Made by a program: the position numbers and the translations under genes. Below are positions 1 through 9,005 of a DNA stretch of 31,478 nucleotides, in pieces (position 1 is the stretch's first letter; each line of letters opens with the position of its first letter). The DNA is from a virus (lineage: Duplodnaviria > Caudoviricetes), in IMG/VR virus record IMGVR_UViG_3300031965_000111, positions 1 to 31,478 of that record; one strand, given 5' to 3'. The notes under the pieces were generated by a model. The model saw only the letters and a list, made by a program, of their open reading frames with translations. It was not told where the DNA came from and searched no databases.

Positions 1-207
1 CACCGGGGCGTGGTCGGGCAGCTCCTCGAACGTCACGCACGACCACGCGAAGGGCTCGCCTGAATCGTCGAGCGCGACGAGCGCAAACGTTGACCCGTCA
101 TAGCACGCCCAGCGCGACATCGCCCAGTATCCCGGGACGGTCAGCGCGATCAGCTTGCGACGCATGGCGACGTCGACCGCCCCGGTGCGCGTGTGCAGGA
201 GCTGCAC
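1..207 (-). CDS. N-terminal part of a hypothetical protein, possibly a GNAT-fold acetyltransferase (runs off the window edge)
   Basis: Not in the ORF track; translated by hand. The GTG start overlaps the upstream TAG (TAGTG). MQLLHTRTGAVDVAMRRKLIALTVPGYWAMSRW...FALVALDDSGEPFAWSCVTFEELPDHAPV stays open to base 1. The strand pattern resembles GNAT beta2-beta3; the acetyl-CoA motif would lie outside the window. Confidence 0.45.
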   Translation of the reverse strand, partial: MQLLHTRTGAVDVAMRRKLIALTVPGYWAMSRWACYDGSTFALVALDDSGEPFAWSCVTFEELPDHAPV

Positions 208-1166
208 TAGTCTTCGCTCCGATCGCGCCACTGCACGACGCGCCCGCTAGGCTGCTCGACCATGGTGTGCTGCTTGTCGGCGTGCGGTCGACGGTCGCAC
301 GTGTACCCGGCGCGCTGATTGCCACACCGGGGATCGTCGGCGTTGTCCGAGTGCCCTGCGCCGTGCAGGTGTGTCGGCGTGTTTTCGATCGTGCTGAGCG
401 CGACCGGTGGCACGTCGTCAAGCTCGTCGACGCCGTAGCGCGCCACGCGATCGCCGAGAGCCGCAGGCACGCCTGACATTTCGCGCATCTCGACGGGCGT
501 CGATGCCGCTTTCGCGGCAAGCTTCGCGACGCTTTCGCCGATCGTCTCAGGCGTTTTCGCCGCGATAACTATGGCATCGTCGACGATCGCGCGTGCTTCC
601 GGGGTGCCGCCTAGCTGCTTTCGGATCCACTCCTTCGGCGCCGTGTGCCGCTTGCCCGACAGCGAGTCGATAAACCCGGGCTCGCTCGCGTCGCGCTTCC
701 ACGGCTGCCCGGGATCCTGCGGTAGCAGTCCGAACCGCGTGGCTTGCTCGATCGCCATCGTCAGAGATGCGATCGCGTGCGACACGTGCGGCAGATACGA
801 CGGTCCGACTTTCGCGCCCGGCGTTTCGTCGGTGTCGGGCGCGAAAGTCGCCGCTCGCATGCCGTCGGCATCCTCGAGCAGCGGATCGCCGGCTTGATGC
901 GCTTCCATCGCGTCGAGCGTCTCGACTACGTGGCTCAGGGTCGCGCGCAGGTATTCGCGATAGCGCTCGAAATTGGCGCGCACGTCGAACGGATCAGCCG
1001 CCGCCGGTCGGATGAAGTTGGCGCGTTCGTATTTGTCGACGCCGTACTCCTTCGCGCGCGCGTCATAAACCATCCCGGATTTTCGGCAGTGTGTCAGGTC
1101 GGGCTTTACGCCGCCGCCGAGTGCCGCCTTGAGGTCGCGCCGATCGCCGGCTCGTCTATCGCTCAC
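207..1166 (-). CDS. dATP/dGTP diphosphohydrolase-like (DUF5664) protein with C-terminal extension
   Basis: Motifs KPDL...EYGVDKYERANF...YLRATLSHV...PSYLPHVSHAIASLTM match the DUF5664 pattern (YGAxKY..NW / SGLPHLAHA). Start placed at GTG 1166, which overlaps the upstream TGA. The C-terminus has a C-x8-C-x4-H-x4-H cluster. Confidence 0.7.
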   Translation of the reverse strand: MSDRRAGDRRDLKAALGGGVKPDLTHCRKSGMVYDARAKEYGVDKYERANFIRPAAADPFDVRANFERYREYLRATLSHVVETLDAMEAHQAGDPLLEDADGMRAATFAPDTDETPGAKVGPSYLPHVSHAIASLTMAIEQATRFGLLPQDPGQPWKRDASEPGFIDSLSGKRHTAPKEWIRKQLGGTPEARAIVDDAIVIAAKTPETIGESVAKLAAKAASTPVEMREMSGVPAALGDRVARYGVDELDDVPPVALSTIENTPTHLHGAGHSDNADDPRCGNQRAGYTCDRRPHADKQHTMVEQPSGRVVQWRDRSED

Positions 1167-2857
1167 TTCGTATCCCTCCGTTTGGTTTTTGCGTACCAGC
1201 GCCCCGTAGCGCTTACAAAAACCGCTTGACGTTTGCCGCCCGGGTAGCCGAGCACGTGGCAGCACGCCCAGCTAGACGGACCGCGCGCGTAGCCGAGAGT
1301 CGGCGCCGTCACGCCGACCTGCCAGCAACCGTGATAGATGCCGGGCGAGTGTCCGTGCCCGATGACGCTTCGGATTCCGATGCGGCTCATGTTGCGGCGC
1401 GTTCCGCGTGCGCCGTTCGGACCCAAGTGACCGTGCTGACCAAGCTCGACGCCGCCGATTACGAAGGACTCGTCAGCGGCGAGAAATCGCGCGGGCTTCC
1501 GAAGGCGAGCGCGAACGTACCACGAAAACGGATCATCGTACGCGTACCCGTCGGGCGTCTTTCGCATGCTCTTTACGATCGCTGTCCACAGCTCGAGCCA
1601 AATATCAGCGTTCTGCGGTTCGTCGCGCGGCGCCATAACTGACGACAGCCAGCGATCAAGATGCTCGTTAGGATGATTCGACCACGGAAACACGTTTTCC
1701 GTAAACCCTGCCGTGGTGCGATTGACGTATGCGGCTCCCGCGTCCATTTCGCCGCGCAGATCGTCGAGCCCGAACTTCGCAGCAGCAACCCGCTTGATCG
1801 CGCTGTTGCGCTCGTGCGGATTGATCGCGTACATGTCGACGGCGTCGTGCCGAATGGTGTACTTCGGGCGACACGCGCCGCTGATCGAGTCTGCGCCGTG
1901 ATAGGTGCCGCGCTCGAGCTGGCGGTGTGTGAACGGCGCGTGCTCGTCGCTGACCACGAGATACTCAGCAGTCGACGCGCGATCGCACGTCGGGCTGTAC
2001 AGTCGAAGGCGCCCGCCCGCGACGTCGTAAAACTCGCCGCCTTCGCTGCAGATCAGGTGCCGCATGTACGCGCCGGATCGATCGTGTTCGACGACAACGG
2101 CACCCGTCGAGTGGTGAAACTCGCCGCGCACGCCCGCCTTTGTCGTCGAGTAGACGGGCTGTGTGATTGCCATCGACGTGCTGACGATTTTTGCGGCGTC
2201 AGCTTGCGGCGTCGGAACGGTATCCATTGCGAGCTGCGGGTGTCCGAACACCGCCGACGCGCCGCGAGTCAGCGTGTGCAGCCCCTGAAGCGGGTTAGTT
2301 GCGGTCGCCTGCACGCGCACGTTCCCCGCGACAACCCAGCCGCCGCGCAGCTTGATCAGCTCGTCGCACAGATACGGCTCGACATCGGGCGCCCAGCGAT
2401 GCTGCTCGTCGAAGACGTTATCATCGCGTCGCGTGGTCGGGTTTTTGTAGCGCAGCGGGATCACGATGATCGGCGCGTCATGTAGCTTCGCGTATCGTGT
2501 GATCGCCGCCCACGCGTCAGCGTCGATCGGCGTATCGTTGACCGCCGCAGTGACAATCCATCGCGACGCTTTGCGAATCGCTGCGCGGCGCTCAGCCGAC
2601 AGCGGAAACCGGATATCCTCGAGGCGTGGCGCGTTGCCGGTCTTCCCGTCGGCGTAATACTCGGTCATCGAATCGGGCAGTCCGAACCGTGCGGCGCGCA
2701 GGCGGTACGCGTTGCCTAGAACTTCGCTCGAGAAGTCATACCCCGTGATCTTGGCAAGCGCTGCAGACAGCTCGGGCCCGCTCTTCGCATCCTCGCCCGC
2801 GCGGCGTAGGTTGTGCTCGGTCAGGATTTCTTTCCACGGGAATCGGGGGGCCGGCAT
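1163..2857 (-). CDS. Metallophosphoesterase-fold protein, T5 A1-like
   Basis: 564 aa with VSDEH, HDAVD, SNH, QHGH and IGHGHSPGI metal-binding motifs, N-terminal WIVTAAVNDT and C-terminal GYARGPSSW...YPGGKRQ. I recall these motifs from T5 A1-family proteins; no search was run. Confidence 0.7.
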   Translation of the reverse strand: MPAPRFPWKEILTEHNLRRAGEDAKSGPELSAALAKITGYDFSSEVLGNAYRLRAARFGLPDSMTEYYADGKTGNAPRLEDIRFPLSAERRAAIRKASRWIVTAAVNDTPIDADAWAAITRYAKLHDAPIIVIPLRYKNPTTRRDDNVFDEQHRWAPDVEPYLCDELIKLRGGWVVAGNVRVQATATNPLQGLHTLTRGASAVFGHPQLAMDTVPTPQADAAKIVSTSMAITQPVYSTTKAGVRGEFHHSTGAVVVEHDRSGAYMRHLICSEGGEFYDVAGGRLRLYSPTCDRASTAEYLVVSDEHAPFTHRQLERGTYHGADSISGACRPKYTIRHDAVDMYAINPHERNSAIKRVAAAKFGLDDLRGEMDAGAAYVNRTTAGFTENVFPWSNHPNEHLDRWLSSVMAPRDEPQNADIWLELWTAIVKSMRKTPDGYAYDDPFSWYVRARLRKPARFLAADESFVIGGVELGQHGHLGPNGARGTRRNMSRIGIRSVIGHGHSPGIYHGCWQVGVTAPTLGYARGPSSWACCHVLGYPGGKRQAVFVSATGRWYAKTKRRDTK

Positions 2858-2860
2858 ACG

Positions 2861-3034
2861 CTAGAGCGCCCCCGTAATGATCAGTTTGCACGCGACCAAA
2901 AACGCAACCGATCCGACGAGCAGTAAGGTGCAGTAGCAGGCTTCGATCAAACGGCGGCGCGCGCGTGCCGTTGCGAGCTGCTCGAGCTGTAGATCGATTT
3001 GCGCGCGCTCGAGCTTTCGCGCGTGTATCAACAC
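2861..3034 (-). CDS. Small membrane protein
   Basis: GTG 3034 overlaps the upstream TAG; 57 aa with a hydrophobic C-terminal helix (CYCTLLLVGSVAFLVAC); fills the gap in the operon. Confidence 0.5.
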   Translation of the reverse strand: MLIHARKLERAQIDLQLEQLATARARRRLIEACYCTLLLVGSVAFLVACKLIITGAL

Positions 3035-3408
3035 TAGAACCACCCTCGCACCGTGTCGATCGCATCGCGACCGGCGGCACCTGCTAGGAATCCCGCGACG
3101 AGCGCCGACCCGCCGACCCAGATCCATTTGCGATCGAAGTCGGCGGCACTCGAGCGCAGCGACGTGTTTTGCGCGGTCAAGCGTGTCTCGGATTCCTGCA
3201 GTCGGCGCAGCTCAGCGTCGAGCGCATCCCACCGATCGGGCGGCACGATCCACCAATCCGGCGGCAGCTCGATCGTCGACCCGCCGGGCGTCGTCAGAAC
3301 GCCGCCGGTCTCGAGCTGCGCAGGGATGTCAGGGGGCGGTTCTCCCGCGGCACGAGAATACACCGATAGCGTTGCTACGATTATCATCGCGGCGACTGTT
3401 TTTCTCAT
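3034..3408 (-). CDS. Exported coiled-coil protein with C-terminal membrane segment (spanin candidate)
   Basis: ATG 3408 follows a G-rich RBS. Signal-like N-terminus (MRKTVAAMIIVATLSVYSRAA), coiled coil (LDAELRRLQESETRLTAQNTSL) and hydrophobic C-terminus (WIWVGGSALVAGFLAG). Confidence 0.6.
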   Translation of the reverse strand: MRKTVAAMIIVATLSVYSRAAGEPPPDIPAQLETGGVLTTPGGSTIELPPDWWIVPPDRWDALDAELRRLQESETRLTAQNTSLRSSAADFDRKWIWVGGSALVAGFLAGAAGRDAIDTVRGWF

Positions 3409-3442
3409 AACCCCCCCTGACGCACGAGTGCGCCCGTATGGT

Positions 3443-3997
3443 CTATTTGATCGTGGTGGTCGGACCCGCGCCGGTCGGCGGCTTTGCCTTGACGGCTGCA
3501 TCCCCGGCTACCTCGGCGCGCTCGACCGCCGCCTGCCCGGGGCGGTCGAAGATCCATAGCGAGGCGTACAGGGCAGCACGGAGCCACTGGGGTAGGTACG
3601 ATCCGAGCTTCGAGCCGAGCAGCGCGCCGCCTAGCAACTTGATCAGGCGGTAACCGCCGGCAGCCGCGAAGGCAAGGAACAGCGCATCCTTTGCGCCGCC
3701 GCCTGCGCCCATGACGCCGGCAAACGACGCGGCGAGCACGAGCAGCGCTGACGCTTCCGGCGAGCGTAGCCACGTAACGCGAGGCGCGACGAACCTCTTC
3801 ACAAGGGCGACGCCTAGAACGACAGCCAGAAACGCGGCTTCTTTGGCGTGACCGCCCTGGAACGCACTGACGACGGCGTTTAGCGCGTCTGCGATCAGCG
3901 TGTCGTCGACTGATGCGCCGCCCGACGCGAACGCGACGCCGGCAAAGCCTGCGACGAAGCACAGGCAAAAAACGATCGTGGATAGGATTCTCTGCAT
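3443..3997 (-). CDS. Multi-pass membrane protein (holin candidate)
   Basis: 184 aa with 4-5 hydrophobic segments and a charged C-terminus, downstream of the tail genes. Confidence 0.6.
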   Translation of the reverse strand: MQRILSTIVFCLCFVAGFAGVAFASGGASVDDTLIADALNAVVSAFQGGHAKEAAFLAVVLGVALVKRFVAPRVTWLRSPEASALLVLAASFAGVMGAGGGAKDALFLAFAAAGGYRLIKLLGGALLGSKLGSYLPQWLRAALYASLWIFDRPGQAAVERAEVAGDAAVKAKPPTGAGPTTTIK

Positions 3998-4000
3998 TAT

Positions 4001-4198
4001 CTATTCCCCCGTGGGCGCGCACGCGCCCGGCAAAATTCGTGACACCACGTCACAAGGCCGCTGATAATCAGGCGGCAGAAGAGTACACAACGCGCCGAGC
4101 ACCGCGCCCAAAATGGCGGCGACGATCGGCCGGTACGCGGGGCGGAGGTAGACCCGCCCCTTACGATCGTCGCCGCCTGATTTGTTGTGGTCGGTCAT
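4001..4198 (-). CDS. Small single-TM protein with three Cys
   Basis: 65 aa; IVAAILGAVLGALC hydrophobic stretch (possible lipobox); tight operon spacing on both sides. Confidence 0.55.
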   Translation of the reverse strand: MTDHNKSGGDDRKGRVYLRPAYRPIVAAILGAVLGALCTLLPPDYQRPCDVVSRILPGACAPTGE

Positions 4199-4203
4199 AT
4201 GCC

Positions 4204-4824
4204 CTAGGCGCCAAGATCGTAGTTGATCGTCACACCATATACGCGCGCCTCGTTTGCGCTCGACGTCTGCGGGATGCCAATCACTAGATAGTAGTTGTGG
4301 GACGTCACGCCCGCAGGATCGATCGGTATGTCGGCGTCGGCGTCGGTCCAGCTGAGCTGATCCTGCCCGCCACTGGTACCGGATGTTTTCGTTCCGCCGA
4401 TCGCTGTCGGCGTCTGTGTTGCGATGTTCAGGTCGAAAATATTAGCAACGATCGCCTCTGCGTCGTCTTCGAGTATGCTAATCGCAACCCCGGTGATGCG
4501 CTGGCCTGTTTCGACAGGCAGGGGCATGTATAGATTGTATCCTCCGCCACTCGTAAGCGATCCCCAATAGGGACCGGCAAACGATCCGTCGCCGTTGTGT
4601 GCCGATAGTTCGGCTGCAGCTACGAGCTTCACTCGCGCACTACCGTTCAGGTCGAGATATTTGATCCACTCGTGCGTGATGTTTGCCAGCCAGTTGAACG
4701 TTTCGTTTGGCGGCAACTCGGCGTCAGCCCAGCCGTCAGCTTTCTTGCCCGCGCTCGGCTCGACAGTTTCCGCGATGCCGGTCGCACCGGTCGCCCACTC
4801 TGGATATACTGTTGGTTTTGCCAT
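4204..4824 (-). CDS. Short tail fibre / baseplate-anchored protein
   Basis: N-terminal PEWA...EPSAGKKADGW...PPNETFNWL...EWIKYL is the usual fibre attachment motif of this myovirus type; follows the wedge genes; GGAGGG RBS. Confidence 0.75.
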   Translation of the reverse strand: MAKPTVYPEWATGATGIAETVEPSAGKKADGWADAELPPNETFNWLANITHEWIKYLDLNGSARVKLVAAAELSAHNGDGSFAGPYWGSLTSGGGYNLYMPLPVETGQRITGVAISILEDDAEAIVANIFDLNIATQTPTAIGGTKTSGTSGGQDQLSWTDADADIPIDPAGVTSHNYYLVIGIPQTSSANEARVYGVTINYDLGA

Positions 4825-4836
4825 AGGTCCCTCCGC

Positions 4837-5472
4837 TTACGCAACGCTCGCAAACGCGCCAGCGCCAAATCCTAGCCCCGGACCGTTTGCAAAGCTGAAC
4901 GCAGCCGACGGCGCAACCGTCGCGTATTCGACGTCAACGCGAACGCCCGCAACTTTAGCATCCGCCACGAACTCGGCGACGATCGCCGCGACCTCGGCGG
5001 TAACCGAAGCGCCGCCCATAACTAGCGTGAACGCCGCGGGCGCGTACGGTACAACAATCAGCGTCACATCATCATCGCTGACGATCAGGCGGGCTATGTT
5101 CAGGATCTCTGGCAGCGTGCCTTCGCTATTGTTCGTTGCAATCTGAGCGCGCAGGTAGCGGCGGTATACGTCATCGGCGAGACCCTCGCGCGCGCGCCCT
5201 ACGATCACGCCGATCACGTCGAGCTGCGCACCAATTGAATTGTCAATCGTTCGCTCGGTCAGCACGTCAAATGCTGCGTCTTCGATGTCCTTAATCGGCG
5301 CGACGATCGCGGTCAGAAGCGACTCGAAGTTCGACTTCTCCTTCAGATACTCGGGCACCCGCGCGCGAGCCTCGCCTTCGTGATCCGATATGCGCTGAAC
5401 CCCGCTGACGGTTTCGCCGGGCGCAACCGCGACGGACTCGTCGAGCACGTCATATGCAAACTCGGTCGCCAT
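4837..5472 (-). CDS. Baseplate wedge protein (DUF2612-like)
   Basis: IDNSIGAQLDVIGVIVGRAR..LADDVYRRYLRAQIATNNSEGT motif; directly follows baseplate J. Confidence 0.85.
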   Translation of the reverse strand: MATEFAYDVLDESVAVAPGETVSGVQRISDHEGEARARVPEYLKEKSNFESLLTAIVAPIKDIEDAAFDVLTERTIDNSIGAQLDVIGVIVGRAREGLADDVYRRYLRAQIATNNSEGTLPEILNIARLIVSDDDVTLIVVPYAPAAFTLVMGGASVTAEVAAIVAEFVADAKVAGVRVDVEYATVAPSAAFSFANGPGLGFGAGAFASVA

Positions 5473-5475
5473 CGC

Positions 5476-6828
5476 CTACGGTGTCCCCGGCGTTGAGTCA
5501 ACGGTGATACGGCTCGTGTCATAGACCGCAATCTGGCGACCGCTGATCGCGATCGTCGTGCTCGCGCTCGGCGTCGGCGCGGTGCCGATCTCGATCAGTG
5601 TAACATCGTTGACGCCGGAAACGTCAAAGCACCACGAGCTGATCGCCGATGCGACGGCATCATACCCAAGACCGCGCAGGTCACCGCGCGCCACGATCGC
5701 CGCCTTGATTTGCGTGTCTCCATCGGCGGGGTACGCGTCGGCATCGTACCCCAGCTCAACGTCGACGTAGATTTCGATCTCGTCGGGGCGGTTGAATCGA
5801 AACGTTACGGCGTTACCCTCAGAGTCTTCCGCCGTACCGACCTCGGTGCCGTTGGTTGCTATTCCGGCGCCGACACACGCGAGCAGCGCATCCCAGATGT
5901 CCTGATCGGCGCCGCCCTGCACGAGCGCGTCGATCGAGTGCGCCGCGACGCTAACGCCATCCATAACCACGGCGGCGTCGGTGTCGTTCACGTACACTTT
6001 GACCGCTGTGACGTCGGCGACGTCGAGCAGCGTTGCGCGGATCGCGTCGGCGGTCGTGTTGCCCGCGTCGGCTAGCTCGACTTCGCGCCTGACGCGAAGG
6101 TCTTCGTCGGTCTCGATGTCGGCTCCAGGCGATGCGTCCAGCACGTTGATCACGGAATCCCAGCCGCTAACGGGCGTTTCGATCTCGGTGATCGCACCGC
6201 TCGCACCCGCGATCGGTCCAGTATCGTCGGCAACAGCAAGAACGTCGACGTCGCCTGTACCTTCTCCAAGGTAGCGCCAAATCACACTGTCGTCAGCGAT
6301 GCTGTCGCCCGTCGTCGTCGGACCGCCCGAGCTGTCCGACGTGCCAGCCGTGATGCACTGGTAAACGCGACTCGCGTTCGTCACGCGATCGCCCAGCGCA
6401 TACGCCGTCGTCGAAGCCCACGCATCGGTGGCGGCGATCGTTACGTCCTCGACCGTCGAGAACACGTCCCCGGCGACCGCAACGCTCGCTTTGCTGCCTG
6501 CGTCGACGTCTGTGGTCGGAACGCCCGTCAGCGTCAGAGTCACGGCCGAGTAGTCGGCGGGGCGGCGTGTCGTGCCTGTCAGAACGCACAGCGCGTCAAG
6601 CAGCGTATTGGTCGCGGCGTCAGGATCCTGCGACGAAACGATCGCCTCGATTAGTTCCCACAGGAGCGCTTCGCGCTCGGCGAAGATTGCGACAAACTGC
6701 CCGAGCGTCGACAGATCGCTGACGTCGAGCGACACGCCGAAGTCAACCTTCAGCGAATCGTTGATCTCTTCGCGGATGACCGCGAGGGTTTTTGGGACGA
6801 ATCCCGCAGATGTAAGCCCGTAAGACAT
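5476..6828 (-). CDS. Baseplate J / gp47-like wedge protein
   Basis: MSYGLTSAGFVPKTL start; DPDAATNTLLDALCVLTGTTRRPA; PVSGWDSVIN...GADIETDEDLRVRR; AHSIDALVQGG. Confidence 0.92.
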   Translation of the reverse strand: MSYGLTSAGFVPKTLAVIREEINDSLKVDFGVSLDVSDLSTLGQFVAIFAEREALLWELIEAIVSSQDPDAATNTLLDALCVLTGTTRRPADYSAVTLTLTGVPTTDVDAGSKASVAVAGDVFSTVEDVTIAATDAWASTTAYALGDRVTNASRVYQCITAGTSDSSGGPTTTGDSIADDSVIWRYLGEGTGDVDVLAVADDTGPIAGASGAITEIETPVSGWDSVINVLDASPGADIETDEDLRVRREVELADAGNTTADAIRATLLDVADVTAVKVYVNDTDAAVVMDGVSVAAHSIDALVQGGADQDIWDALLACVGAGIATNGTEVGTAEDSEGNAVTFRFNRPDEIEIYVDVELGYDADAYPADGDTQIKAAIVARGDLRGLGYDAVASAISSWCFDVSGVNDVTLIEIGTAPTPSASTTIAISGRQIAVYDTSRITVDSTPGTP

Positions 6829-6839
6829 GAAAATGCAGC

Positions 6840-7223
6840 CTAGAAGCTAACGGGCAGCGTACCAGCGATCGGGGTATCGTCCAATTTGCCCCGCGCTGAC
6901 CACGTAACGGTCAAAACGCGGGTGGTTTTGTCCATGTCAAGTATCAGCGAGTCGAGCGACTCGATACCGGGCGACCCGAGGATCGTCGACCGATATGCCG
7001 CCCGCGCTTTCGTGATGATATCCTTTCGCCCGACGATTTCGTAGTGCGGGAATCCGGCTGACAGATCGGCGAACCACTCGCCCTTCACGAGTGACAGGCG
7101 CGTATAGACGCCCTGCGCGATCGCTTCGTTGTTCATTGAGAACAGCAGACCATCGACCGCGAGATTCGGCAGGTCACCGGTCACGGGATCGAGATATAGA
7201 TCGACAGGTTCGCCGGTTTTCAT
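6840..7223 (-). CDS. Baseplate gp25/gp46-like sheath initiator
   Basis: EAIAQGVYTRLSLVKGEWFADLSAGFPH motif; lies between spike and J. Confidence 0.85.
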   Translation of the reverse strand: MKTGEPVDLYLDPVTGDLPNLAVDGLLFSMNNEAIAQGVYTRLSLVKGEWFADLSAGFPHYEIVGRKDIITKARAAYRSTILGSPGIESLDSLILDMDKTTRVLTVTWSARGKLDDTPIAGTLPVSF

Positions 7224-7834
7224 TCTGCTGTTACCTTCGTTGTGCCGACCGTTATCCCGGTGAGAGCGAGCGCGATGTTTGCTTTGTACGTCGCGCCGCC
7301 GTCGCTGGCGCCCGTCGCCGAATCCGTCAAGGCATCTATCACGGCTTGCAGTGCCGACTCGAGCGCGAGCGTGCCGCCGTTCTCGCCGCCTAGCCGCACG
7401 TCATCGCCGTACGTGACTGTCGCCGTTGGGTGCGCGGGCGTCGCGTCGGCGAACGACATCAGCCCGGCGATCGCGATCGCGTCGGTCACGTCGTGCGATC
7501 GATCGTCGCCCGGGTCGACCTCGCGCCCGAGCGCAAGCCACACGTCGAGCGACGCGTCGCAGAAGACGAGTAGCACTGTGTCGCCCTTCGCGACCGGGAA
7601 CGTCTGGCGAGAGCCCCCACCACCCTGAAACAGCACAGGCACATCAGGGATCGCCGCGCGGCGAACGACCTGCCGCACGCCAGCGGCGTCTATAAACGCA
7701 CGCTTGATTAGCGGCTGCACGATCGCGCGCTGATCGTCGGGATCGTACTCGAGGATCTCGCCCGGCATCGATACGCTAACGCCTCCCAACACCTGAGCGA
7801 CTACGTTACGCACCGATCGATAGAACGCGCTCAT
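7220..7834 (-). CDS. Baseplate central spike (Gp138 N-terminal / gpV-like)
   Basis: SMPGEILEYD...IVQPLI...IPDVPVLFQGGG...TFPVAKGDTVLLVFCD...RSHDVTDAIAI; ATGA overlap places the start at 7834. Confidence 0.88.
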   Translation of the reverse strand: MSAFYRSVRNVVAQVLGGVSVSMPGEILEYDPDDQRAIVQPLIKRAFIDAAGVRQVVRRAAIPDVPVLFQGGGGSRQTFPVAKGDTVLLVFCDASLDVWLALGREVDPGDDRSHDVTDAIAIAGLMSFADATPAHPTATVTYGDDVRLGGENGGTLALESALQAVIDALTDSATGASDGGATYKANIALALTGITVGTTKVTAE

Positions 7835-8685
7835 ACCGCCACACCTTCGATCGTTGAGTGCCACGCCGGCCCTGCGGTGTCGCCTTCGTGAGTCAGCTTG
7901 TTGACGCGAAACAGCCCGCGAATCGCGAGCGACTCAATCGCGATGCGCCCGCCGCAGCGTAGCTCAGGCTTGAGTAGTGTTTTTACGGTCAGAACTGGCG
8001 GCTTCTTATCCTTCTCAGGTGCGCCGTAATCGGGCGCACCTACCATTCCGGTATCCTGTCCAATGACGATCGCTTCGCCGCCGAGTGTCTCTCCGTCTTT
8101 GAGCGCCTGCAGCTTCCCGCCCTGCACCGACCACCCGTAACCCTTAGGCGCAAGCAGTTTCGTCATCTGCTCGTGAGACGGTCCGTCTGTGGTGACGCCG
8201 GATAGTAGACTTCCGGCGAAATCGCGCGCTTCTGTTAGGTTCTTCGGGATCACTAGCCCCATCGACTTCGCGACGTCGCTGATCACGGTGCGGGGATCGA
8301 CGCCCGATTTAAACGTCCGACTTATGCGCGCGTTGGCGCGCGCTCGAGTGCCGTCGCCTACCTGGATTTTTGTCAGCCAGTCGACGCCCTCGCGTCTCGA
8401 GCCCGACCAAAACATATCGCCCGCGAAAAGCTCCTGCGTCTCTCCGTCATAGCCGGCGGCTATGCGCACGTGCAAAGGCAGCACCTGCAGCGCCGCGCGC
8501 GTCTCGGGCGCAAGGTTCGTGATCGTCAGCTCGCACGTGTTAGGATCGCTGTGCAGGTTCTTGACGATGCTAAACTGAACGCGCATGTCAGATATGATGA
8601 TCTGATTCGCCGGGTCGTGCGCGAAGAACCCGACTGATCGCGATAGCGTGATCTCGACTTCGCGCTTATATAGCCGCGCCGTCAC
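7831..8685 (-). CDS. Baseplate hub protein
   Basis: VQFSIVKN..DPNTCELTITNLA, IAAGYD, WSVQGG, DTGMVGAP, HEGDTAGPAWHS motifs; gene order. Confidence 0.88.
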   Translation of the reverse strand: MTARLYKREVEITLSRSVGFFAHDPANQIIISDMRVQFSIVKNLHSDPNTCELTITNLAPETRAALQVLPLHVRIAAGYDGETQELFAGDMFWSGSRREGVDWLTKIQVGDGTRARANARISRTFKSGVDPRTVISDVAKSMGLVIPKNLTEARDFAGSLLSGVTTDGPSHEQMTKLLAPKGYGWSVQGGKLQALKDGETLGGEAIVIGQDTGMVGAPDYGAPEKDKKPPVLTVKTLLKPELRCGGRIAIESLAIRGLFRVNKLTHEGDTAGPAWHSTIEGVAV

Positions 8686-9005
8686 AGCTCGCTCGCTTCG
8701 TAGTAGAAGACCGCGACGCGATCACCCATATCATCAAAGCCGGCGTCGCGCCCTTCTCCGCTCGTGTCGGCCGCGATCAGAGCGCCGGGCGGGAATCGCG
8801 CGTCAGTCGTGCGAACCCCCAGCGCCGATCCTAGTAGAACAGCGATCCCCATCGCGATCGGATCTTCGTCGATGTCGAGCAAGTCCAAATACCACACGCC
8901 CGCTCGACCGTTCCAGCGGACTTCGAGTATGTACTGGACGCCGTCGAGCGTGGTGCTGACGCGGTAGTTGGGCGTCGACGGCACTAGCGGCAAGGCGCGC
9001 GGCAT
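8682..9005 (-). CDS. Baseplate plug protein
   Basis: TTLDGVQYILEVRWNGRAGVWYLDL motif; 107 aa, just before the hub. Confidence 0.8.
   Translation of the reverse strand: MPRALPLVPSTPNYRVSTTLDGVQYILEVRWNGRAGVWYLDLLDIDEDPIAMGIAVLLGSALGVRTTDARFPPGALIAADTSGEGRDAGFDDMGDRVAVFYYEASEL

Noticed and set aside
207-1166. 2-aminoadenine (Z) genome
   Set aside because: DUF5664 alone is not diagnostic, and no purZ or datZ is in the window.
1482-8226. Partial late-motif matches inside genes (1482-1491, 8217-8226)
   Set aside because: No -10-like hexamer at the 19-nt spacing, so treated as chance matches.
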